A stretch of 51,400 nucleotides of DNA, the filler included, from Catajapyx aquilonaris (taxonomy: Eukaryota), in the NCBI GenBank assembly GCA_000934665.2. It is 3 parts of 3 records of this genome, joined end to end, with 100 filler letters (N's around TTAATTAATTAA, not from the genome) between each part and the next. Parts side by side here need not be neighbours in the genome. Positions count along the whole stretch, not along the records: positions 1 to 17,067 come from JYFJ02007039.1; positions 17,168 to 34,236 come from KZ539631.1; 1 more part is not named here. The stretch is one strand, 5' to 3'. Shown here in pieces: positions 13,221 to 25,351 of the stretch. The position numbers and the translations under genes are program-made. Positions within the stretch are counted from its first letter, which is position 1, and every line of letters begins with the position of its first letter. The notes under the pieces were generated by a model, which saw only the letters and a program-made list of their open reading frames with translations, searched no databases and was not told the origin of the DNA.

Positions 13221-14302
13221 TCGTCCCTGGAGATCTTGTGTGAATTTTTCTGCAACTACTGCACATAATATTGTCTTCTTTACAGGATTCAATACAATAC
13301 ATGCGGTAAATAGTGTTTTTAATTTCACAATTATTGCAAGTGTGTCACCCTGAACAGAGGCTTTGGGTTGGAGAAACCCCGTGTTTACATTATTTTATTT
13401 ATAAATTATTATTATTATCATTGCTATGAGACCTAAACCAATTTGAAACATTTCCCAAGAAGTCGTAGTTAGTCGTTACGAGGAAAAAACTGAGCACTTT
13501 ATTCATGCAAAATGGTTCGCTCTTAGAGATAGCTGTACGTACAAGGAATCAGTCGTTTGGTACATACCAATGATTATGTTATCCCATGTGTCCACTTAAA
13601 CATATCCATTGAAAATATTTATCTCATAAGTAGATAAGTAAATTGTCTTCATTGTGTTTCGTTACTTATTCTTGACATGTCATGATGCCGGACAAGTTCA
13701 TGTTTACTCCTCTCTGGGTTCGAATACCTGTGTGGTATGACATCGTATTCCAACTGAATTACTTCTCGACCGCCAGTGGGACAAGAATGGCATGTCAGTC
13801 TTGGATGTATCTCCACATTATTTTTCGTGGTGGTGCTGGGGCTTGCTTTTCTCCCATGACCCCAAGAGCTATGCTATGGTGTCTTTTGTTAACACCTTTG
13901 ACAGGTCTTCGTTTCCTCTCGCTTTATGTAGTATCCCGTGGTAATGGACAACTGATAACTTTTTATTATGTACTGAAATTGCTCCTGCCATTTATGTTGT
14001 AATTCATTACAACATGTGTGATGCCATCCCGAAAAGCAGTTTTATGTAGCATTTATATTGATAAAAATGCCAGTAAAAGCTAAACCATTACATACTGTTC
14101 ACAGGCGCTATAATTCTTAATGAGTCTTACTCTCCTCTTACTCTTACTCGTCTTAGTTTTCATCATTTGGAAAGTTGTGACGAGATTTTGCCTATGATTA
14201 GTAATTCAAGATTTTTTTTCACTGAACATATACGATAGATAGAAGAAATTTACACGGCTATTTACTTACTCGTTCAATTATTTTATTTACATAATCGCGT
14301 GC

Positions 14303-14405
14303 GCTTTGTTTGGTGTTGTTTTCCTGAGGGCCAGACTCGCTTATCAGCTCTGAGGTTCCAGTGGTCGCACCCTGGTTTTACGTGCAGTTTCATGAGGAGC
14401 GGAGC
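14303..14405 (-). repeat. Internal repeat family C, copy 2
   Basis: Similar to 4820-4910. Confidence 0.6.
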
Positions 14406-15786
14406 ATTGTGTATTGAAGATATGACCCTTGTTAGGAAATAACATTTTTTTCGGCCGAATAGCACATTTTTGGTATGGAGTAAGTCTCACAGCCATGAGT
14501 ACCAGTTCAAATCCGTTCTTATGTTCGGATTCTCTTGTAATCATAATGTGTAGTCTTGCAAAAGGAAAAGCCTCCTCCATTTTTTATTTAAATAATATGA
14601 ACCTAAATAAACACTAGCGACGTGGGTCAGTAATGTTAATTTTAATGCGAGATGTAAAATTGCTTTTCGTTATCAGTCTGGGGAGGTGTGGCGTCACTCT
14701 TGAAATGCTGTTGTGCTGTGTACTCCGTGTTAATGTCATCACCATCTGATTCTACGGTACGGTATATCTTGTCAAACATCAAATCAGGTTGAACCATTAG
14801 ACTGCCCTGTGGGGGAAAAAAATCCTTCAGGTCAATTGGCAATTTTGTATGAAAAATTGTGATTAAATTGTAATTTTTTTAGCTTCTTACATAATTACCC
14901 TCTATGATGATCCGACCACCCCAACATTTGCAATGAATTTATTCACATATTATTATACAGGCGGACGTGTGTCCTCCTGCACGAAAAACCACTGCAAACT
15001 GTAGCAATACTCTCTGCTCCACAGTGATTCTAAACATACTACCCAACAAGTGGAACATTCATCACCTTGTTGCATCAGATGAAACGTCGGTCATAGACAT
15101 GTACGTGTTAATCTTCACTGTCATGCATTATATGAACAACATAATATGGTCAATAGGAACACCCGTCTGAAGTTCAAGTTCACATTCACCTGTTCCTTCA
15201 CACGGTCGTATGGCACTCCAACTGACCCATCCATTGTTGCACGGAGACTCAGTAAGCCCGAGCCCGAGTCCACTTTAGTCAGACATTCCGCCTTGAAGGT
15301 ATCCATCAAGGTACGGATCGCCTTTGCAGCTCAATAGCCAGCATCTGTCTGAGAGTCACCTGATTTATGAGACACAATAGTTCAGAAGTGTATCCTTCCG
15401 CTGGTCAAAAGGTGGGCCAGGCAGTAATGAAACCAAATGGTTTTGTCAATTTTTGGTCAGCTGTATTGCATGTAACAAGAAACAAGACACGTGCTTTGAA
15501 GATTTTATCATGCTGTTAAAAGAACTAAGGGGTCAAGTATATGGGTGTGAATATGCGTTAGGTGAAAATACATACCTGCACTGAATCGTTGTGCAACATA
15601 ATTATGCAGTCGCTTGCGTATTAACTGTTGTTATTTGCTGGCCCCCATCAATGTGATTGTTACAGATTCGCAGGAGTTCCTGAATAGCTTGAATGGCATC
15701 TTCATATGCTTGCACAGCGATAAAGTCTCTGCAGGTCTCCAATAATATTGTGCTTTGCATATTGTTAGGTCCTAAGTTATGTGATG

Positions 15787-15862
<76 letters not shown>
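15787..15862. repeat. (ATT)n microsatellite
   Basis: About 25 perfect ATT units. Confidence 0.97.
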
Positions 15863-15863
<1 letters not shown>

Positions 15864-17067
15864 AGTCGAGTACTATCATTGTGGTATCTCACATTTTCTT
15901 CCAGTTCGGTGACAATTTACTCACCTGTCTGGCACGATTATATTCGTCTCCCATAGTCATAAACCTAAATTTACTCTGCCGTTGTGGAATGTTTTAATTA
16001 ATTAATTAATAATTCAGGTTATTATTCTTTTGGTTCCCATCAACCTGCACAGCCTTAGAAACTCTCTCAACTACAGCAAGTACTCGTATCTTGTCAACCA
16101 TTTAACGTTGTTGGTGTTGCATTTGGGTGGTCACCTTAATAATTGTCATAAAATTTCACCAATATTGTTGCTTAAACAATTAATACCGCATGTTATGAGA
16201 AAGCCTTGTTCAAGACCTCTACCTATATGTAATAATGAATACCGACTCGGTATTGTTTATTTCTGACTTGTGACGAGGATTGCACGTCATCGCGGTGTGC
16301 AACGCGTGGTGATTTCAGCTTGAGTTATCCAACCAAGTATACGTCTGGTAGAGTTAATTAGGATGTATTTTTGTGTCTTCCCCTGTCCACGTTGAGGGGG
16401 AGAGGCTTCACATATTTGCATAATTACATGTCAAGGAGTGTTTATGTCATATATTGTCTTATATTGGCATATTTCTCTGTAGTCTCTCCAAGTGCGTTTT
16501 TAAACGCGGGCTTCTCCTGAGTCAGTCCTGCTGCGTGCTCTCCAAGGAGGAAAGCCTATTTTTATATAATACGAGTGTTGTCCACCTCACCGTACCGTGT
16601 TGCAACAGCTTCTTTGACAAACGTTTTCCACGTCTGTCTCCTGACTATTGCTATAGCTCTTAAATGGGTTGTTTACTATGGATGTGTTGTAAAGCACTAA
16701 TATTATGTGAAAAATATATAGATGACGCAGGGTTTTGGCATAAACTCGGGCGTGACAAGGAATGGAAATGCTGTCGCTGTGGTTCATATGATGGTGATTT
16801 TTTGGTTTGCTGTTCTCTCGTTTATCGAATTACATTAATTTTGAAAGAATCATGTGTACTATCACGGTCAAAAAGATTGTCGGACTGTTATGGAATCGTC
16901 CGCGACTTTTTCTCCCGCCAATCAGTGTGCCAGGTGCAGGTGATTTGGGCGAGTGCCGTCGAGAGCTTTCCTCCCGCGACCTCATGACACGTGCTCGAAT
17001 TTTCATCGGTGGGGGGGAGGGGGGGTGCTGATTAGGCGAGGAAGGGGCGATGGTGGGAGTATTTTGG

Positions 17068-17166
17068 NNNNNNNNNNNNNNNNNNNNNNNNNNNNNNNNN
17101 NNNNNNNNNNNTTAATTAATTAANNNNNNNNNNNNNNNNNNNNNNNNNNNNNNNNNNNNNNNNNNN
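17068..17166. other. Assembly gap with artificial TTAATTAATTAA linker
   Basis: 44 N + TTAATTAATTAA (17112-17123) + 43 N. Identical architecture at 34237-34335. Confidence 0.9.
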
Positions 17167-19459
17167 NTGTTACTATTCATAATTATCCATTCTAAAGTCC
17201 AGATAATCTTAATGGAAACTTTTTATCACATCCTGTGTATAACCCCACCACTCCATTTTTTGGGAGTGTCCCAATATTTTCAGATCAGGGCAAGTACATG
17301 CGCCAGACGACCCACCTACTACGAGAGTTGCGAACATTTCTGGATAACTATCGGCTCCAATAATCGCTAAAATGTCACGACGACCATTTTCTCTACGGCC
17401 GTCAGTGTATACGCATCGCTGATTACGTATTAATGAAAAATGCCTGTGGCAGTATCAGCACTGCGCAGAAAAGTTCGCAAAAAACATGAACTTCCTAACA
17501 CACAGAGCTTCACGAGTGAACGTGGGACATTGCTGACCCATCTCCCCACGTGGACAATAAAATGCAGTTGGTTTTTGAGGTGAGAAAGTAAATAAAGCCA
17601 GTGTACTTTGCCACATTTTATGGAAGATAATGTAGTAGCTGAATACTGTTTTATGATGGTTATGAAAATCTACCTCAGTGGCTTTAAAACTGATGATTGT
17701 TTCGTATTGTTTATGAGTGTGGTTAGTGGTTACGCCACCAGTGAAGCGACAAGTCCGAGGCGAGGCGTACACGGACCTGCACTTCTACAGTACTGTACAT
17801 CAATTTTCGGCATTCATAACTTACGGAGGTTTGCAAATAATTCTACCCCACTGTTTTTCCCTGCCTAATAACGTTTCAGTGTTTCTGATGGAATGTTCCA
17901 CAAGGCGATTAGCTGAATAGCACACAACAATAGTGCAGCATGCTAAAGCTAAAACACATTTTCTCCTAATGTATCAATATTCTGCAACATATAAACTAAA
18001 TTACGCCGCATAAAAGTTAAGATAAAACCCCATTCAATCTCATGCACGTAAAGAAAGCAAGAAATATATTTTCTTGGGATCCGAGACTTTTTGGAACTCT
18101 CTGATAACAAGTAATGGGTGTACTATGGGTGATGACGATCGACTGGTATGACTAAAAAAAGGGTGTCACTAAAAAGCGTAATTGTGAGAAAATTCTCGCA
18201 ACACTATAAAGAATGTGGAGGCAACTTTACTGTAGGGGCTCTTGAGAACATAATGTACTGCTGCAGTTGAAGATAAATTCAAGGTAAATTTCTAGATAAT
18301 CACTCCACGTTAACCTAAATGAAAGCTGTTACTTCTCAACCATATTTTTTTCCTGGTTTGTGCACTTGTCTTATTACATGCTGAAGTGTTGACTAACATC
18401 TGTATAAAGGATCTTACACAAGCTGGGACTCCGCAGGATACATATTTTACTTCGAACACTAATATTTTTTTTTTTGCAAAATGTGCGTAAGAGTTGGCTT
18501 ATAGAAAAGTCACGGTCAGCATTACGAAAAGCGAGGCGTAGAAATATTGTGAATTTGCAATTTCTACTGATTTAAAACAACCACAGAAAGGTATTGGACC
18601 ATTCGGGAATTTAATTTTCATTTTTATGACATTGATAGATTGTACCGAATATTTCCAGTCACATATTGCTGACTTAAAATTGGCATTTATGATATTAGCA
18701 GGCTGCCCATTTTAATACCTCATTTGAAGGGAAACTACACAACGATAAGTGAACCGGCATCGATTGCATTAAATGTTGGGTTTATTATTATTATTTTGTA
18801 AATGCAGCTCTATAAATGTGTAGGCCTATCGCCTCTACCATTGCACTGGTTTAAAATTTTTTAAAACCTACTTGTTACAATCGCTCCTTGTTTGACATCT
18901 GAAAATTTGCAAATTCTCAATATTTCGACCAGCACATACATTTTGCAATTCTGGCCTTCACTTCTCATTCACACTGTTATGAACCATTAGCACCAAAAAT
19001 ACGAGTGCTCTAAGAAAATTACGTGCGTCCTTCAGATTCCCTACCATCTTGGCAGTATCCTTCTAAGATTAGGTTATGGAATTGCAAGAGTTTGTCACCG
19101 CTGCTACGATCTTTTCGAGATGAGTGTATAGTTTAATTTGACTATGATTTCGCAGCGGATGCAGATATCTCCACATTTTTGCTAACGCTACTATAGTGCC
19201 ATGTGAATGACATTACACGCTTGAAGTGTTGAACACAGCATAGGTCATCAAGAAGTCATAGTGGTGTGGCCTGCTAATTAATTATCAGATTCTTACGAAA
19301 TTTAATATCCATTTGATGCCCATTTCTCCAGAATTATTTTGCATTATCGCCTACCAACATTGATTTTGCTTACCTCGCAATCGGGGGGGGGGGGGGGGGG
19401 GGGGNGGTGTCAAATACATGAACAAGTGATGATTTAACATGTCAGGGGGCTCTCTTCAT

Positions 19460-19780
19460 GGTTTTGTCACTAACTCAACAAAATAAGCTGTGGCGGTAGT
19501 GGCATGTCATTTAATGAACTCAACCGTTCTAGGTCGCTTTATCCAATGACACCAACTAATCATCCTGAATTCCTTCCTATACACGCGAGCAGAAAGTGAA
19601 AAGGATAGGCAGCAGCAATGGAGCGACTTCGACGAACAGGTTTTGAAAATTCTAAATGAGAGGATATGCTATAGTGCCAGCATAACATCTCATTTTAATC
19701 CTCCGCCCGACCCGAGGATCGAACGCGGAAACTCAGAGGTGGATGTCAGTGGCACTAACCACTGCACCCTCGTGCCGTCC
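19460..19780 (-). mobile_element. tRNA-derived SINE (family S2), diverged
   Basis: Minus strand GGACGGCACGAGGGTGCAGTGGTTAGTG (A box) ... GCGTTCGATCCTC (B box). 3' boundary and TSD unclear. Confidence 0.65.
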
Positions 19781-20261
19781 CTATACCATGACCAATACTA
19801 ACTATCTGAAAAAGCAAAGTGATGCAGATCAATATGCTTTGAAGATGACAACAATAACAGGTAATCATGCACTCCGAGGGATTTGGGGTAGGTTCACCCT
19901 CTCCCCCATGTAAATTCATTTAGAAATGAATATCCGCTTGCGTGTAAGGGGAAATTGTTATATAATTATAATCTGAGCTGCACTCTGCCATCATATAGGC
20001 TAGATAACATCGCCAGTAGTTCAGGAGCTACATGTATGAACTGTTTTTGTGTACTCCCAGCTACTTACAGAAAGTTTTACCTATAAGTTGGAAACGTAAT
20101 CTAACCGAGGAATCGAAAGAAACTATTCTTACGCTTGGAATGCAATTGTATACGTCCTAACTTACTTCACGAAGCACTTCCTACAGCCTAAAGTACCAGG
20201 TGTACGTACAACCACACTTACAGATACAGTAGCTATGTCCACACCACATCAATTCAACGTG

Positions 20262-20277
20262 GGCATATCTGGGTTAA
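20262..20277. mobile_element. Orphan piggyBac-type terminus of the same family as 31680-33563
   Basis: GGCATATCTGGG+TTAA, identical to 33552-33567. Confidence 0.5.
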
Positions 20278-23200
20278 TGACTATTGGTATATAAAAAAAC
20301 CCGGAGCGCCTCCTTAGCGCGAAATTCAAGTCTCCACTGGATGGCCACCAGAGGCTCTCAGATCTGACGATGGTGGGCGGTAAGGTGGGATCCGCAAAGC
20401 CGTAATACCGCGTAATACAGAATGCCTTTTGACGCAAGCTAAAACTTAACGCTATGTAACTTCCCTTTACGTTCAGAATGTCAACTGCACCATTCCTCGC
20501 ATAACCACTTACTGGAACATAATTATACCGTAACTTACATGAGCTGAAGTCACATTCTACTTTAGCGGATTTTCTTCTGAGACCACACCCTTCGAGTATT
20601 TTTGGTAATGGTACCAACACTTTGCACAATCTACATGTTTTACCTTAAACTGCCATGCGTCTCAAGATTTTCAGCTTTACTTACGACAAGAATGGATGTG
20701 ACTGCAATATTATTATGAATGCGAGTTGGTTTTCTAACATGTGTAATATACATTACTCCACTCAAAAACTAATGCTTCTAACCCTAAGATACATAACCAT
20801 TAATTGTGAAGAACCTGCCGTCCTCCACCGCATCAATGCCATCATTTCAGCGCCGGTTTTGGTGTGTCAGGCTGTCTACTTTTAAATCCGGACCTTCTTG
20901 ACAGATCAAAAAGAAAGTCGAATGCATCTACGCAGGAAGAATCTGACCTGTCATTCACGACATATCCTACAAACAATCATTCCCATATTATTAATAATCT
21001 GTAAAATCATCCCGACAGACTTTACATGCACAGGTATATTACACAATAAAAACCTGTTGGAATTTTGTCTTTTGTATTAGCCTGTATGTTATGCAGTAAG
21101 GACTCTCATTCTGCGAAGTAAAGGCATAGAAAATTCACTTCCTTAATATTACATGCATAAGATGTCACATCATAGTGAATGATCCAGAAGAAATTCATTG
21201 AGCGCGATCTAATTCATGGCAAATATTTCACACAAGCACCTGTTGTATAATATAGGTATGCACAGAGAACCCCAATTACTCCAATATAGTCAATACCAAA
21301 AGTGATCAGTATAATAACAGTTAAAAATTACCTGTTAAATATTTGTATCATAAAAATGAACGCAATTTAAATTAACTTAAGAAACTGCAGCTTACAGGTA
21401 ACTTACTACTCCCATTGCTAAATCGTCCAAAGAAGCAATGTAGTATTCCCTTACGTAAGCAGGGGCGTCCATCTTACGTAACACTCCGGAGGAAGGGGTT
21501 AGCCCTGCGTGACACAGCGTTACAAGCAATGGCGCAGGAAGGGGGGGAGGGGGGGGGGGTATGCGGGCCTAGAAACAGCCCCCTCCCATATGCCGCATAG
21601 AAAAGAGTCATGCCGCAAGAAATAGGGTAATAAATAAATAAATATGCAGTAAGAACGTTTCCTGCAGTACTCCACTACCTAGAGAGAAATCAAACTGTTA
21701 TGAGGTATAAGGACAAATTATTGCCCATCGAATGGTCTTTCACTGGTGACTGAGAAGATTTATCCCATACACGTGCCTGTTTGGTACTTGGGGGGCGGGC
21801 GAGTGTGGGGGATCCTTCTTGGGTCCACGTTACGTAAGGCCTGTCGAAGGACCGTGCCTCCATTTCGCAATTTCCGTATAAATTCTACTGAAATCCGTCT
21901 TGACTACGACAGGAAAAACTTCTCCAAAATGGCTTCTTCTCCGACCCCAACCCCACTTCGTACCTCGCTATACCTATGATTCTGTTGTTGGACCTATCTC
22001 AATACTGTATATGAAAACAATAATTATCTTTTCCTCCCTGAAAGCATGAAGGGCATGTCAAAGTCACGTTTCCCAGGCCTCAGCATGTCACTTATCGGTG
22101 TAAGAGTACAAATTCATCCAAGCTGAGGAATGGGTGTATATGAGGGCCATCACCAGCAGTGTGGAAAAATGATAAAAGTGCTTAAGAAAGCTTAAATCCA
22201 AAATAATATGTGGAGGAACAAAATGTCTTACAAGCTATTTTTCCCACCTTACCCAACCTTGTGGAACATTGCTGCGACGTGGCTGCAGGACTAGTTGCTC
22301 CCGAGTTTCCACGTGTGCACACCTGTATATGACGATAACCACCACACTTACAACATTTTGTGCCTTTATTTTTTAGTCTTGGTTTGTGAAATAATATCCT
22401 TTCCCCTCGACTTCGCAACAGCTTTTGTTCTAGCAAGGCCCATGCTGGACATTGACGCAACATCACTAATGTAGAGTATACAACATTAATACTGACTGCC
22501 ATGCTATTTCTCACCCCTACCTTTTCGACTTGGTTTGTGTCAATAAAACCCCTGGAAATATCATACTATTTTTGCGGGATCGATTTCTTAATAATCTCAT
22601 GCGATCCTTATTACGTTTCATACTTCAGATCGCTGTGTATAGGTCTGCATTTGAATTACTTCCCTAAAGAACATGTTTTCTGGCCATAATACAGTTTTCT
22701 AAGGAGTTACACTTTTTCATAAAACAAAACTTGCTAAATCCTTACATGCATACATTATTATCAGTGTCTCATGGATCCAACCTAATCTGGTGGTATCAGG
22801 GTGCTCTACTAGCACTTTCAAATAATCTACGTATAATACTATCTGAAATTTACTATACTTTCGTGGATTTTTCAAGTAATGCGCATACGCAAAAAAAAAA
22901 AAAACGAACTATTACCAGCTTATAAAGCCGATCACTCTCAAAGCTGTTACAGTTTTCGCTTCTTGTCGACTCGGGAATAAACTCCCGATACTGTGTATAT
23001 GATGTAATTGTAACGAACTAATGTAATCATTCACTTGCTATGGGCTTCCTTGACCAAAAAGGGGCTAAAAATGTAGGGATACAAAATGGTGATGTATCCC
23101 TGTGTTGCCTCAGTCGTGAATTTGCGCTAATGGACGTACTGTACACAGCGGCAAGCACAGTACCTACATGTAGAAATATTCAATGGCAAACAAAATGGTA

Positions 23201-23951
23201 GAGGCTCAAAATATCCTGCGGGTAGAGGTATCAAGTTTGCAGTGCACTTCGATGCATACTGTTCAACGCTGCTACGTTGCAAAAACACTTTCTTGCTTTC
23301 AGCCTGTACGATGGCCATCACTGTAAGTACATTAATTTTATGCTTCTACTTTTTTTCCTCTTGTATCACTCCTGTATCCATCTCTGTCCGCTCAGAAATT
23401 ATTTGGCAAAAATGGTTTTCTTTGACACGCTTAAATGTCATCCACGTAGACCCCAATAAAATGTGTCAGAAATCGCAATTTTCATTACCATATTCCATTA
23501 CTAAAACCGCATTTAATACAACGCGACTATGTTGGTAGGCGATTCCTCGACCCAAAACAAGTCCATTACGTAGGGGTACAAAATGTCCATATACATCTCG
23601 TTATATGAGTGTGTATCTCAATAGTCAAACTGCGTCAATGCATTGGGCATTACCGGCATACTTGTAAGTAAAGAGCCGGGAGAGGCATAGGCACAATGTC
23701 AATTTTTTAAAAGTTGTACTTGTAATGCAGAGCGAAGATTTTGAGGAATGGTGCAATATACTGCTTCAGCACTTTCTGCTGCTCAAGTTTCCGATTGGTA
23801 ATGCAATAAACATCTCATGTTCGACAATATGCGCCTTTACTTTTTCGGCTCCTTTAGTGCAATTATTACACTCTTTCCCGTCTATATCTCACCATTACTG
23901 GGTCACAATACCTGTGCATGTTATTTGACATACCTTCACATTTTAGCCTAG

Positions 23952-24017
23952 ACTTGACATTTAGTGCCCCTACAATTAGACGTATACGTCTAATTGTAGG
24001 GGCACTAAATGTCAAGT
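23952..24017. repeat. Perfect 66-bp palindrome (33-bp arms, no spacer)
   Basis: ACTTGACATTTAGTGCCCCTACAATTAGACGTA|TACGTCTAATTGTAGGGGCACTAAATGTCAAGT. Confidence 0.97.
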
Positions 24018-25230
24018 GGCGTTTTTAAGACCTTGCTCGCCGGATGATATTACTGCGTAAATGAAGCTGTTTCCCTGAAAGTGCATGGAAATTTGAGTTA
24101 TCTGGGTCCATATGGCATAGTTCGTGTATATCTTTGGATCGTCATGTTTAGAATCCACTAATCAGTACGGGCCACGTCCGTCATCGACGTTGTCTACAGA
24201 AAATTCATTTGGCTGGTCTTCAGTGCATACGTGAATATGCCTCAAGATGTCCGTGTGGATCCAGCTTAATCATTAGAACCGCCTTAGCAAGGCGATTTAA
24301 TGTTCAGAAAGTAACAAAATATCTCAGTTTCAGCGCTGAAGCCGTGACTCTTGTTAAACAACACATTAAGTAAAAATAACGTCCTCTGCGTACCCAGCAA
24401 AACTTGCCTTAACTTACCAGGTTATTCACAAAGAATCGCATAATTGGATTTCACTACGGTAAGTTACCTTAGTTAGCCTAGAGTGTATCACCTTCCATGA
24501 ATGTGAAAGTATACCTAGCTAATAAAAAGCGCAGAGAAAGTTATCGCTGCTTTATTCGGAATAAAACCAAACTGTGTAAAACAAATAAGTATAGGCCTAC
24601 ATCACATTTGGTTTTTCCCTCCAATGCAAGTCGGAAATGTCGTGGGGCGAAATTGCAAAAAACAACAATTAACGATGTACACACCTACATTTGAGCTGCG
24701 TCAGTGTATGTGTTGACAAAGGCCCTGTACCGGTACAGTGGGATGTATGAAGAAGGCGGCTGTGAGTAGTAAAACTCAAACTCAAACGAAAAGATAGAGG
24801 CTTAAATTGTACCAGAATAAACAGTGTTCGTTCTGCACACCAACGAATATTGAGAGTGACGTTGATGACTTTGCTGCACCACTTTTTGTTCCCAGTTTAT
24901 TACAGAAACCAGCCAGCAAATGAGGTTCCTTTTTGCTTCAATCGCTTAGGATCGTGTTTGTGCCCCTGCACTACTGGCCAGATCCCTCAATGGCTCAATT
25001 ACTCCTGTAGCAGTCAAGCTCGTGTCTGTTCATTGACGCCTACGTAGTAAAGGGTGGGTGCTACGCCATTTTCCAACCCTACATTTTCAGCATATTTTTG
25101 GTCAAAAACGCCTACCAGCTGGATAGCCTAGTAGTTCATCATATATTGTATGGTGTTAAATATAACTTATAGATGACACATTTCACAAAGAAATAATTTT
25201 TGAAGAAGCGGCACTGTTTTATGAACAGAT

Positions 25231-25351
25231 ATTGGGAGGAATTTTCGTCGTACTACTAGTTACTTTTAACTTAGCAGTACCAGTGTCATGCAAATGTACT
25301 GCTAAGTTAGCAGTAACTAGTAGTAGTAGCACGACGAAAATTCCACCCAAT
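25231..25351. mobile_element. Small MITE / inverted-repeat element
   Basis: 21-bp TIR ATTGGG(A/T)GGAATTTTCGTCGT, plus inner arms TAACTTAGCAGTAC/GTACTGCTAAGTTA. Confidence 0.7.

Larger units (their letters stand above)
700..17067 (-). pseudogene. Block of degraded, co-oriented unidentified ORF remnants (candidate endogenous virus-like element relic)
   Basis: Plus strand is T/G-rich by eye. Minus-strand frames give protein-like stretches broken by stops and frameshifts (e.g. TELHISTRDIQYLLTDALIHILKAYK ~5610-5690; ECSPIIVYESGYFVSFRIRNSPWCNAV ~12530-12610). Several internal paralogous duplications. No known domain recognised. Confidence 0.45.

Noticed and set aside
700..17067. Assignment of the block to polydnavirus rep genes, densovirus NS or Polinton core genes
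   Set aside because: I found no diagnostic motifs (Walker A, HUH, pPolB, rep HFHHYC) in the frames I translated.
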